Part shown: in pieces, positions 39,939 through 47,683 of the stretch
How positions within the stretch are numbered: the first letter of the stretch is position 1
Layout: the number at the start of each line of letters is the position of its first letter
Source of the DNA: a virus
Strand: one strand, 5' to 3'
DNA length: 64,000 nucleotides
Virus record (IMG/VR): IMGVR_UViG_3300010399_000006
Location: 8,851 to 72,850 of that record
Made by a program: the position numbers and the translations under genes
The notes under the pieces: generated by a model
The model's input: the letters and a program-made list of their open reading frames with translations, nothing else
Told to the model about the DNA's origin: nothing
The model's database searches: none

Positions 39939-40460
39939 ATGGGCGGAGACGCTAGTCACCACACTGATTTCGAGCCCACCGCCGAGGATCGAGAGATGGC
40001 AGAGAAGCTATCCGAACTCGGAGACCTGTTCGCCGATGTCTTTGCCGATGTCCCACGGGACGGAGACGTGAGTACGGTCACTAGTCTGCTGAAGGATCGG
40101 GCGTATCTGTTTTTCTATGGATCGTTGACGACTATGGAGTTGTGGACGAGAGTAGCTAGGGCATTCCGTATTGCCGGATTCAAGATCGACTTCGGAGCGG
40201 GCAGGAGAAATCCACACGAGCCGTATGAGTTCCGTGCCCAGTACATGTGCGAGCCTCAGCGTCCAGTACCGGGTACGTACTGCCGTAGATGTGGACATTC
40301 AGATCCGATGTACATGGATCGGATGGCAGCCAAGGTACGTAGAGATGGTGATGGACGTACGGAGTTACCGTGCTGTGGCAATAAGCATTGCTTATGTACA
40401 TCGCACATGGTGGAGACGTACACCGTAGATACCACGTCTCCGTGGCCTTCGCTGCGTTGA
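39939..40460 (+). CDS. Hypothetical protein with C-terminal Zn finger
   Basis: GGAGG SD; CRRCGH...CCGNKHCLC. Confidence 0.7.
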   Translation: MGGDASHHTDFEPTAEDREMAEKLSELGDLFADVFADVPRDGDVSTVTSLLKDRAYLFFYGSLTTMELWTRVARAFRIAGFKIDFGAGRRNPHEPYEFRAQYMCEPQRPVPGTYCRRCGHSDPMYMDRMAAKVRRDGDGRTELPCCGNKHCLCTSHMVETYTVDTTSPWPSLR

Positions 40461-40471
40461 TCTTTCGGTAG

Positions 40472-40501
40472 TTGACTGGTACGTACCATCAGTGGTAGCA
40501 T
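40472..40501 (+). promoter_or_regulatory. Promoter containing the GGTACGTACC palindrome
   Basis: TTGACT-18 nt-TAGCAT; ATG 7 nt downstream, no SD. Confidence 0.7.
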
Positions 40502-40508
40502 CCTCAGC

Positions 40509-41279
40509 ATGGATACCACCAGCAGTTCGCAGCCACAACCTAAAGATCCACGGCTCAACCCTACTCTCGCGGACAAGGTAGCGAAGGCGAGGGCACGCTG
40601 GGAGGGTCGTCGGTCGGGCGGTGGTGGTAGAAGTAAGATCACTGCATCATTCGACGATCTGTTGGATCTGATCGTGCCAGACTGCTTGACGTGGAGCGAC
40701 ATTGGATCAGAGCTGGGTGTATCGCGAGAGCGAGCGCGGCAGATCTTCCGTGATTACTTCTCTGCACTGTTCCCGAAGTATAGGTTTCCGGGTAGAAAGC
40801 GGCGACGAGTCTGCTCCATTCAGAGGCGAGTGGAGCGGATCAAGGCGTTGGAGCCGGTTGGTAACGCCGCTGAGGCTGCCCGGCGAGCATGGTTGGCCGG
40901 TATCGCGGACGTTCGGGCAGTTACCTACCCCAAGAGCGTGAGAGCTTCATCGCTGCGTCTGATCGTGAACGGCAAGGCGGTGACGGTACGTAGCAGTAAA
41001 AGCCCATCCATAATGCACCCCCGTTCATTGGTTGGTTATTACCGGTTTCCGACTACGGCGGGCCAGACCCTACCGTGTGAGTTCGTGATTCTGCTGGCTG
41101 GAACGCAGACATTCGTGATGCCGCGTGATGTGTTTATGTCATGGAATGGTAACCTCAGCGGAAATGCAGTTAGGGATAGGTACATACCTGAGCATCCGAA
41201 CACGTATTGGATGAACGCCCATCTGGGACAGACAGACTGGTTGTGGCAATACCGTGAAGCGTGGCATCTACTGAAGTAA
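40509..41279 (+). CDS. Sigma70 region-4-like HTH protein
   Basis: LTWSDIGSELGVSRERARQI. Confidence 0.8.
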   Translation: MDTTSSSQPQPKDPRLNPTLADKVAKARARWEGRRSGGGGRSKITASFDDLLDLIVPDCLTWSDIGSELGVSRERARQIFRDYFSALFPKYRFPGRKRRRVCSIQRRVERIKALEPVGNAAEAARRAWLAGIADVRAVTYPKSVRASSLRLIVNGKAVTVRSSKSPSIMHPRSLVGYYRFPTTAGQTLPCEFVILLAGTQTFVMPRDVFMSWNGNLSGNAVRDRYIPEHPNTYWMNAHLGQTDWLWQYREAWHLLK

Positions 41280-41543
41280 ACAGGTGTGTACCAATGGAAC
41301 TCTACCGCTCGTACGACTGGATCACCGCACTGCTGTTCTACCTCGGATTGGCCGGACTGGTAGTGCTGGTGGATTGGGCATTCTGGGGTAGAAACGGAAA
41401 TGGAGATAGCCGTGGTCGTGGAGGTAGACCATGAAATGCGATGACGATGATTTCAACGAAGACGCAGGTGATGTGGTGCTGGCTATTCGTGGGTTTAAAC
41501 GGTGCGGGTGTCGGAGATCGAATCGGTTGGAGCCAATCGTCTA

Positions 41544-41786
41544 ATGGCCGTCAGAATCAGACTCGGCGGTAGTCCCATCGTCTGCGCCGCGATGCACCCC
41601 GAACTACCCGGAGATGTCTACATCGATGATCCACTCCACTATCGTCTCAGTACGGAGTACGGCATCCTCGTCAGCGAGTACATGGAGCGGCACAAACTGG
41701 ACGGGCTGTGGTGGTGGTACGACGAGGTACCGGAGGGTAGAGTGATCGATCCGTTCTACGCCGGTCAGAGGGGGTCGATTTGGTAG
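41544..41786 (+). CDS. Hypothetical protein
   Basis: MAVRIR...CAA.HPE.PGD.YIDD.LHY.L; GGAG SD. Confidence 0.65.
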   Translation: MAVRIRLGGSPIVCAAMHPELPGDVYIDDPLHYRLSTEYGILVSEYMERHKLDGLWWWYDEVPEGRVIDPFYAGQRGSIW

Positions 41787-42061
41787 ATACCGGTAGTGGT
41801 AAGTTCTACCGACCGGTCGGCGCTCCAATCAACCCTACTGCCACCAAACTGACCGGCCGCTGTACCGGCTGCAAACAATCGTTGGGCTCCCAAGTAACTC
41901 AACTCCGGGTGGGTAGGATCTGCTACCTGTGTGATCGGGTGATCCTCCGCCATGAGAAGTACTTTTTCTCGGAGAGTGGTGTGCGGCATCGGGATTGCGA
42001 CGATCCAGAGGGGTACGGAGCGGTGGTAGTGCCGATGGATACGGTGGTGGAGACCGGTAGA

Positions 42062-42099
42062 TAGGTGAGTAGGTGGGTAGTAGGTGAGTAGGTGGGTAG
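42062..42099 (+). repeat. Perfect 19-bp tandem duplication
   Basis: TAGGTGAGTAGGTGGGTAG x2. Confidence 0.9.
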
Positions 42100-42118
42100 A
42101 TCGAGTGGTAGTTGGTGG

Positions 42119-42148
42119 TTGACACCGGTACGTACCACAGACTACACT
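42119..42148 (+). promoter_or_regulatory. Promoter containing the GGTACGTACC palindrome
   Basis: TTGACA-18 nt-TACACT. Confidence 0.75.
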
Positions 42149-42158
42149 CTACACCAAC

Positions 42159-43934
42159 ATGAAGAAGCTACACATCGCTGACGATCTATCCCTACCGGTT
42201 GACGCCGCAACCCAGACGTTCGCGTTCATCGCACGCAAGGGTGGCGGGAAGACTTATGCGGCCGGGAAGCTAGTCGAGCTGCTAATGATCGCTGGAGTTC
42301 AAGTGGTGGTCATGGATACCGTGGGTAACTGGTACGGTCTGCGGCTCTCTGCCGACGGTCGCAGTAGAGGATTCGACATTCCCGTGCTCGGTGGTCTGCG
42401 CGGAGACATCGATCTGGAAGCACGCGGTGGAGAGTTGATCGCTGACATCGTTGCTGATACCGGTAGGAGTTTGGTCCTAGATGTAAGTCAGTTCTCGATG
42501 ACCGACCGAAAGAGGTTCGCCGTTGCGTTCGGTGAACGTCTCTGGCGCCGAAAGAAGGGCGAGCATCACCCCACTCCGCTACATCTCGTGATCGAGGAGA
42601 GTCAGCTGATCGTTCCTCAGTTCACCGGCAAGACCGGTGGAGACGACGCGCGGATGCTCGGTGTGTACGAGGAGATCATCCGACTAGGCAGGAATTATGG
42701 AATTGGCGTGACTATGATCTCCCAGCGACCGCAATCAGTAAATAAGGAAGTCCTCAACCAAACGGAGTGTCTGTTCGTCGGTCAGGTCAACGGGTCGCAG
42801 GAACGCGATGCTCTGAAGAAATGGATCACCCACCAAGGGATGGATGTTGGACTGGTTGATGAGTTGCCGTCCCTGGCGGTAGGTACGATGTATGTGTGGT
42901 CTCCTCAGTGGTTGAGGATTCTACGCAAGGTACGTATCGGTAAGAAGGAGACGTTCGACGCCAGTGCTACGCCAAAGGTCGGTGAGAATCGTCCGAGACG
43001 TGAACTGAAGCCGCTCGATTTGGATGACCTGAAGGAGAAGCTGACAGCTACGATAGAACGGCAGAGGGCGGAAGATCCGAGGGAGCTGAAGAAACAGATT
43101 GCTGATCTGAAACGGCAACTAGACGCCAAGCCAGCGGTAAGTAGGTCGGAGGTAGATCCGGCGAAGGTACGTGAGCTGGCTGGTAAATTGGCGGATCGTG
43201 CAGTGGCGAAGGCGCTACGGCCCATCCACACGCTACATCGGAAACTGGCAACGGAGTTCTCGTCTCTGTCGCTCGACTTCGCGGCAATCAACACAGAATT
43301 CTCAGATCTGGTGGAGAAGGCCAAAGAGATCGAACAGCCTGATTTGGATCTGGAAGAGCCTGCGATTAGAAGGGCGGTGGAACCGACAGTCGAACAGCGA
43401 CGACCAGCACCGCCTACCGTGGCGTCCACGCGCAATCCGGTACCGATTCGTAATCGACCCAACGGTGACGACGGTAATCAGAAACTCCCCATCGGCGAAC
43501 GGGCCTGTTTGATCGTCGCGGCGATGCGACCGGACGGAGCAACTAGAACAGAGATCTCTGTCCAGACCGGATACAAGCGCTCTACTCGCGATGCCTATAT
43601 CCAGCGGCTACGTGAGAAGGGCTACGTCGAGATATCGAGCGAGAATGTGGTAGCTACCGATAGCGGTATCGACGCACTGGGCAGTGACTACGAGCCGCTA
43701 CCAACGGGTAGTGCTCTCCGGGAGTGGTGGATGGGCAGGTTGCCGATCGGCGAGGCTCAGATTCTCGGGCATCTGGTCAAGGTCTATCCGGACGGCATGG
43801 ATCGGGACACGATCAGCGATCTGACGGGGTTTAAACGATCTACGAGAGATGCATATCTAAAGCGGCTATCGACCAAGAGGTTGGTTGTTGGCGATCGTGG
43901 ACCGGTAGCTGCGAGCAGGATTCTCTTCAACTAG
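42159..43934 (+). CDS. HerA/FtsK-superfamily ATPase with coiled coil and tandem winged-HTH C-terminus
   Basis: Walker A ARKGGGKT, Walker B LVIEES, GRNYG, SQRP; duplicated TG[YF]KRSTRDAY..RL. Confidence 0.9.
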   Translation: MKKLHIADDLSLPVDAATQTFAFIARKGGGKTYAAGKLVELLMIAGVQVVVMDTVGNWYGLRLSADGRSRGFDIPVLGGLRGDIDLEARGGELIADIVADTGRSLVLDVSQFSMTDRKRFAVAFGERLWRRKKGEHHPTPLHLVIEESQLIVPQFTGKTGGDDARMLGVYEEIIRLGRNYGIGVTMISQRPQSVNKEVLNQTECLFVGQVNGSQERDALKKWITHQGMDVGLVDELPSLAVGTMYVWSPQWLRILRKVRIGKKETFDASATPKVGENRPRRELKPLDLDDLKEKLTATIERQRAEDPRELKKQIADLKRQLDAKPAVSRSEVDPAKVRELAGKLADRAVAKALRPIHTLHRKLATEFSSLSLDFAAINTEFSDLVEKAKEIEQPDLDLEEPAIRRAVEPTVEQRRPAPPTVASTRNPVPIRNRPNGDDGNQKLPIGERACLIVAAMRPDGATRTEISVQTGYKRSTRDAYIQRLREKGYVEISSENVVATDSGIDALGSDYEPLPTGSALREWWMGRLPIGEAQILGHLVKVYPDGMDRDTISDLTGFKRSTRDAYLKRLSTKRLVVGDRGPVAASRILFN

Positions 43935-43953
43935 AAATTGGAGGTAGATACTG

Positions 43954-44112
43954 ATGGGAATGTTCGATCCACCCGACCCGCCCGATATCAACGATGGACC
44001 AGATCCAGAAGAAGAGCGCCAACGCTGGTTGGAGCAGCAAGTGGAAGAGGAACGGGAGTACGGTCTGTATCTAGCCGAAGTGATGGATCGGGAAGGACTG
44101 CCGACCGAATGA
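43954..44112 (+). CDS. 52-aa acidic protein (not in ORF track)
   Basis: GGAGGT SD; MGMFDPPDPPDINDGPDPEEERQRWLEQQ... Confidence 0.6.
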   Translation: MGMFDPPDPPDINDGPDPEEERQRWLEQQVEEEREYGLYLAEVMDREGLPTE

Positions 44113-44313
44113 ATAACTACTGTCCGCCAGAACTCAGGTACGCCTTGGAGATATCGAGAGTCCTTTCTGAGAAATGTACACACGGATGTCGGTACTCTGG
44201 CGACTGTCCCCAATGCAGGGTGACCAGGGCGGAGAGACTTCGAGCCTTGGACGTAGCCTACGGCAAGAAGAATCGTGATGTCACGTCCTATCGGTAGTAC
44301 GTTAGTTGACCAC

Positions 44314-44342
44314 TTGACATCCTACGTACCAGTAAGTACTAT
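44314..44342 (+). promoter_or_regulatory. Promoter with near-palindrome CCTACGTACC
   Basis: TTGACA-17 nt-TACTAT. Confidence 0.7.
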
Positions 44343-44386
44343 CTCGTACGTACAACTGAGTTGGAACTGATTTCGGAGCAGAACTG

Positions 44387-44719
44387 ATGAGCAGAACCTA
44401 CCGCAACCACCAGAGCCGTACCAAATCAAGGGGGGAGCGAGTTGTCTCCAACAGCAATAGCAACAGCAATAGCAATCGAGATAGATCCTTCCGCCAGTTC
44501 CAGCTCGTCGTCCACGACCGAGTTACCGACGACGAGGCCGACAGAGGCACTAAGCTCGAACTTGACCGCACTGACATCCGTAGATACGACTGTGCCGAGC
44601 ACGGGACGGTCGTTCCTCTACCAAACAGCTATCGATGTCCGTACTGCCTGCCGGTCGCCGAAGATGAACACAGTTTTGCTGTCACTGTGGGGAGTAGTGT
44701 CGTTCTCAATCCGTCGTGA
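44387..44719 (+). CDS. Zn-ribbon protein with (SN)n tract
   Basis: CAEHG...CPYC; GGAG SD. Confidence 0.65.
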   Translation: MSRTYRNHQSRTKSRGERVVSNSNSNSNSNRDRSFRQFQLVVHDRVTDDEADRGTKLELDRTDIRRYDCAEHGTVVPLPNSYRCPYCLPVAEDEHSFAVTVGSSVVLNPS

Positions 44720-44779
44720 TCGTACATTTGCCGGTCACTAGTAGTTGAATCTGAAAGTCGAAAGCGAGGTAACTAATCT

Positions 44780-45307
44780 ATGGGCCGTACATTCACCAAT
44801 CTCCACATCCGCAAGTCTCCCAGCACCGACTCCGACACCTTCTGCGGAGGCAGCCACTCCGAGCTGTGGAAGATCGAACTGCGATCGGTGGCGCCGAATC
44901 AGGCCAGCAAGCTGAAATCAGATGATCATCCCTGTCGGCGGTGTCTGAAGGCGTTCAACGCCAAAGTGGCTACTGATGCCAAGCCGAAGAAAGAGAAGAA
45001 AGAGAAGTCAACCAAAGCAGCAAAGACGGCGAAACCGGCGAAGGCCGCAAAGTCCGGTACGAAGGCGGTAGCGAAACCGGCTGCGAAGGCCGCTGCGAAG
45101 ACTGCACCGAAGAAAGCAACAGAGAAGAACGCCAAGCCGACAGCGAAACCGAAGGCGAAGGCCAAAGCGGCCAAAAAGAGCACTGCTGCTCCGCCGTCCA
45201 CCCCGTCTGCTCCGACCACTCCGATCAGCACGCCAGTACCGGCTCCAGCTCCGACTCCAGCCGTCGAGCCCGTTGAAGCAGAACCGGACGAACTCGATTC
45301 ACTGTAA
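44780..45307 (+). CDS. Histone H1-like Lys/Ala/Pro-rich protein
   Basis: AKPAAKAAAKTAPKK tract after an H..C..CRRC domain; GAGGT SD. Confidence 0.75.
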   Translation: MGRTFTNLHIRKSPSTDSDTFCGGSHSELWKIELRSVAPNQASKLKSDDHPCRRCLKAFNAKVATDAKPKKEKKEKSTKAAKTAKPAKAAKSGTKAVAKPAAKAAAKTAPKKATEKNAKPTAKPKAKAKAAKKSTAAPPSTPSAPTTPISTPVPAPAPTPAVEPVEAEPDELDSL

Positions 45308-45315
45308 ACTAGTCT

Positions 45316-45445
45316 CGTCAGAGAACCGGGAAGGACCAATTGACCTACCGCCACGCTGAACTCGCCCAAAGCTCTCCAGCTACCAGCGCGGCGGTCCTCC
45401 TGACGGCCTTCCCAGCCGAATAGGTCACCTTCCCGGTTCTCGACG
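45316..45445. ncRNA. Candidate structured RNA closed by long inverted repeats
   Basis: GAGAACCGGGAAGG 45321-45334 / 45428-45441 (perfect 14 bp); TGACCTA 45341-45347 / TAGGTCA 45421-45427; inner stems. Confidence 0.6.
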
Positions 45446-45469
45446 TTTCCACCGAGGCAGCGGCAAACC

Positions 45470-46289
45470 GTGTATCGACAGTTCCTACTCAGTTCCGGCA
45501 ACACCCGTCTCTATACTTGGCTGGAGGACGACCCACGTCTGAAGTCCGGTACGGAACTAACTCTGAAGGGAGACGACATGGAGTGGACCGTCGTCGAACG
45601 GTACTCGATAACCAGAGAAGATCCACCGGACGTGCGGTGGAGGGTAGGTGGATTGGTATGAACGGCATGCCGAGGTACGACAGTAACTACGTACTAAGTA
45701 CCGCTGATGATCTGGAACGCACAGCCAACGAGAACGATAGAGCCCTGTCCGGAATCTTGGTGGTACTGCTGATTGAGTCGGCGGAGATGTTACGCGATTA
45801 CGCCGAGTCCGGTGCCATCGAGAACACCAATCGACTGGAAAACGTCGTTAGAGCCGAGATCGCCAAAGAAGTGAACATCGGACCACTAGCGTCGCGACTG
45901 CTTCATCGGCTGGACAAGCCGTGCGGGTGTGTCGTGCAGTGCGGATCGGAAGTAGAGGCTGGAGTGGTCCACAACCGATGAGTCAACCTATCTACGGACG
46001 GTGGTTCGATGCCAAGACCGTCCCCGGTCCCTCCAGTCCAGACGTGTGGTACGTGACCGCCCAACGCAACCAGGAACGCGAGCTGGGTACCGGAGCCGTC
46101 ATCACGTACACCACTGTTCGAGCACATCTACCGGGCGGACACTTTCCTGATTCGGCTGAAGTGTGGATGCGGATACCGCCACCGCCGTGGCTCTGGAGAT
46201 CCGGTGGAACGACCTACTCACATCTGCACGACAGCGGCTGTGCCTACCGTGGGTGTGAAGATCCGACGCACGAAGCTCCGACCGAATAG
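45470..46289 (+). CDS. Three coupled hypothetical genes (45470-45661, 45658-45981, 45978-46289)
   Basis: ATGA overlaps with SD-like sequences. Confidence 0.6.
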
Positions 46290-46331
46290 CTCAGGTACGT
46301 ACTCCACCAATCAGTGTGGTAGAATCCCCAT

Positions 46332-46460
46332 TCAGCGGCTCACGCGTAGTGCGTCGCGGCATGATCTTTTGCGTGCACTTCACTGGAACTGAAGACAGAC
46401 ATCAATCGACTTTGGGGAGTCGGGTCGGTCACAGGGCACGCGCTTGGCCGACCACCTGAA
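46332..46460 (+). ncRNA. Candidate multi-hairpin small RNA or structured leader
   Basis: Follows TGTGGTAGAAT (extended -10); five consecutive hairpins, closed by TTCAG/CTGAA. Confidence 0.45.
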
Positions 46461-46552
46461 CCAACCAACCATCAACGCCAGTATTAGGAGATCGACGATG
46501 CTCATTCAGAGGGAGGTGGCTATGCGGACAGTTTAGAAAGGAGAACTGACGC

Positions 46553-46720
46553 ATGGCTGCTCAAGACAAATCGACGAAGGACAAGCAGATGGCGGCGTAC
46601 ATGAAGGCCCACAAGATCGATCGCACCACCGGACGTTGCGCACTCTGCTACCGCGAAGTGACCATCGACAATCCGGCCAAGGGAACCAAGTTCAATCACC
46701 GTTGCGGCATCGTCAAGTAA
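46553..46720 (+). CDS. 55-aa Zn-binding microprotein (not in ORF track)
   Basis: AAAGGAG SD; MAAQDKSTKDKQMAAYMKAHKIDRTTGRCALCYREVTIDNPAKGTKFNHRCGIVK. Confidence 0.75.
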   Translation: MAAQDKSTKDKQMAAYMKAHKIDRTTGRCALCYREVTIDNPAKGTKFNHRCGIVK

Positions 46721-46736
46721 AGAGTTCGTGAGCTAG

Positions 46737-46802
46737 GCCGCTGAGGAGCGCGCGTCCCAAGGATAGGCTCCATCGGTCCCGAATGGTGCGGCGAATCGGG
46801 AC
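46737..46802 (+). ncRNA. Candidate pseudoknotted RNA element
   Basis: GCCGC/GCGGC closing stem, two inner hairpins; loop GTCCCGA is complementary to downstream TCGGGAC. Confidence 0.5.
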
Positions 46803-46811
46803 ACTATCAAC

Positions 46812-46888
46812 GTCTCCAGAGCATGATTGGACTATGCATCAGACTTCTAATCTGAGGGTTCCGAGTTCGAATCTCGGTGGGGACACCA
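46812..46888 (+). tRNA. tRNA-Arg(UCU)
   Basis: GTCTCCA/TGGGGAC acceptor stem, GCAT/ATGC D stem, TCAGA-CTTCTAA-TCTGA, CCGAG-TTCGAAT-CTCGG, ACCA end, A20. Confidence 0.95.
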
Positions 46889-46899
46889 GAACTTATAGA

Positions 46900-47227
46900 T
46901 CCCCCACAGCGGTACTGGTGGGGAGTAAGCCCAGAAAAGACATCAGGAACGTCACAGGCTCGTTGATGATGCTGACGACGGGAACCCGAAGTCACCCCGT
47001 TAGCTCCGCAATAGGGTCTCGTACATGCGCGGGACGGAGGGGTGTCTACGGACCTGATGAAACGTGCTGGCAGGGCCGAGGGCGCCTGAAACGAAGTCCC
47101 TGGAAGCTGGTCGATCCCGTAGGCCAGCAAATTGCGGTCTGCCGTTGGAGGGCACCTAGGCCCGCTCGCACATCGGTATCTAAAGCCGTGAAGCCCGGCA
47201 CGGAACTGCGAACCGGGCACCTGAACT
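46900..47227 (+). ncRNA. Candidate large structured ncRNA
   Basis: No credible gene; many hairpins plus long-range pairs CATCAGG/CCTGATG and CCGCAAT/ATTGCGG. Confidence 0.5.
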
Positions 47228-47266
47228 ACTGAGTCGAGTCGAACGGTACCTACCCACTACACCGCA

Positions 47267-47683
47267 CTACTCGGGACTGTTACTCGACACCGAGAACGGA
47301 AATGGCGGCAACCACACGTTTTGCCCTGGATCGGTCTGCTCACCCTGAATAGCAACGATCCTCTCTGCCCACGCCAGCGCCCGCCCGTAGTGCTCATCCC
47401 AGCATTCGCGGAACACCAGCTTGCGGAGGGCATCGAACTGCGTCTTGGGCAACCCCGCCGCCTCCAGCACGGTAAGCACCCCGCCGACCAGATGTTGCGT
47501 GTAGTCGCGCAGCTCCCGGACGGCGAACAGCTCGGCGGTGTACGAACTGACGGGGATGCGCGGTGAGGAAGTGGATTGAGGTTGGTCGGCACTGATTGCC
47601 GCTGGTGACTGGGGCTGGTTGACGGTGAACGTGGCGCCGGACGCACCGGTTGAATTACCTGAAACTGCTGGGATCTCTGTCAT
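47267..47683 (-). CDS. Solitary minus-strand hypothetical protein
   Basis: GAGGAG SD; disordered N-terminus and helical core. Confidence 0.75.
   Translation of the reverse strand: MTEIPAVSGNSTGASGATFTVNQPQSPAAISADQPQSTSSPRIPVSSYTAELFAVRELRDYTQHLVGGVLTVLEAAGLPKTQFDALRKLVFRECWDEHYGRALAWAERIVAIQGEQTDPGQNVWLPPFPFSVSSNSPE

Noticed and set aside
46743-46770. SAH riboswitch-like GAGGAGCG...AGGCTC
   Set aside because: The downstream pseudoknot partner (..GCGCTC) is absent nearby, and the element precedes a tRNA rather than an SAH-recycling gene.
46745-46802. HDV/theta ribozyme
   Set aside because: Too few bases for P3/L3/P1.1 in the required order, and it lies 5' of the tRNA, not 3'.
46984-47012. 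Resemblance to 16S rRNA helix 44 (ACCCGAAGTC..CCGCAA)
   Set aside because: Too short, and the flanks show no rRNA similarity.
47050-47100. Hammerhead-like CTGATGA...GAAAC
   Set aside because: Stem II does not close next to the core and there is no stem III with a cleavage triplet; CCTGATG pairs better with CATCAGG.
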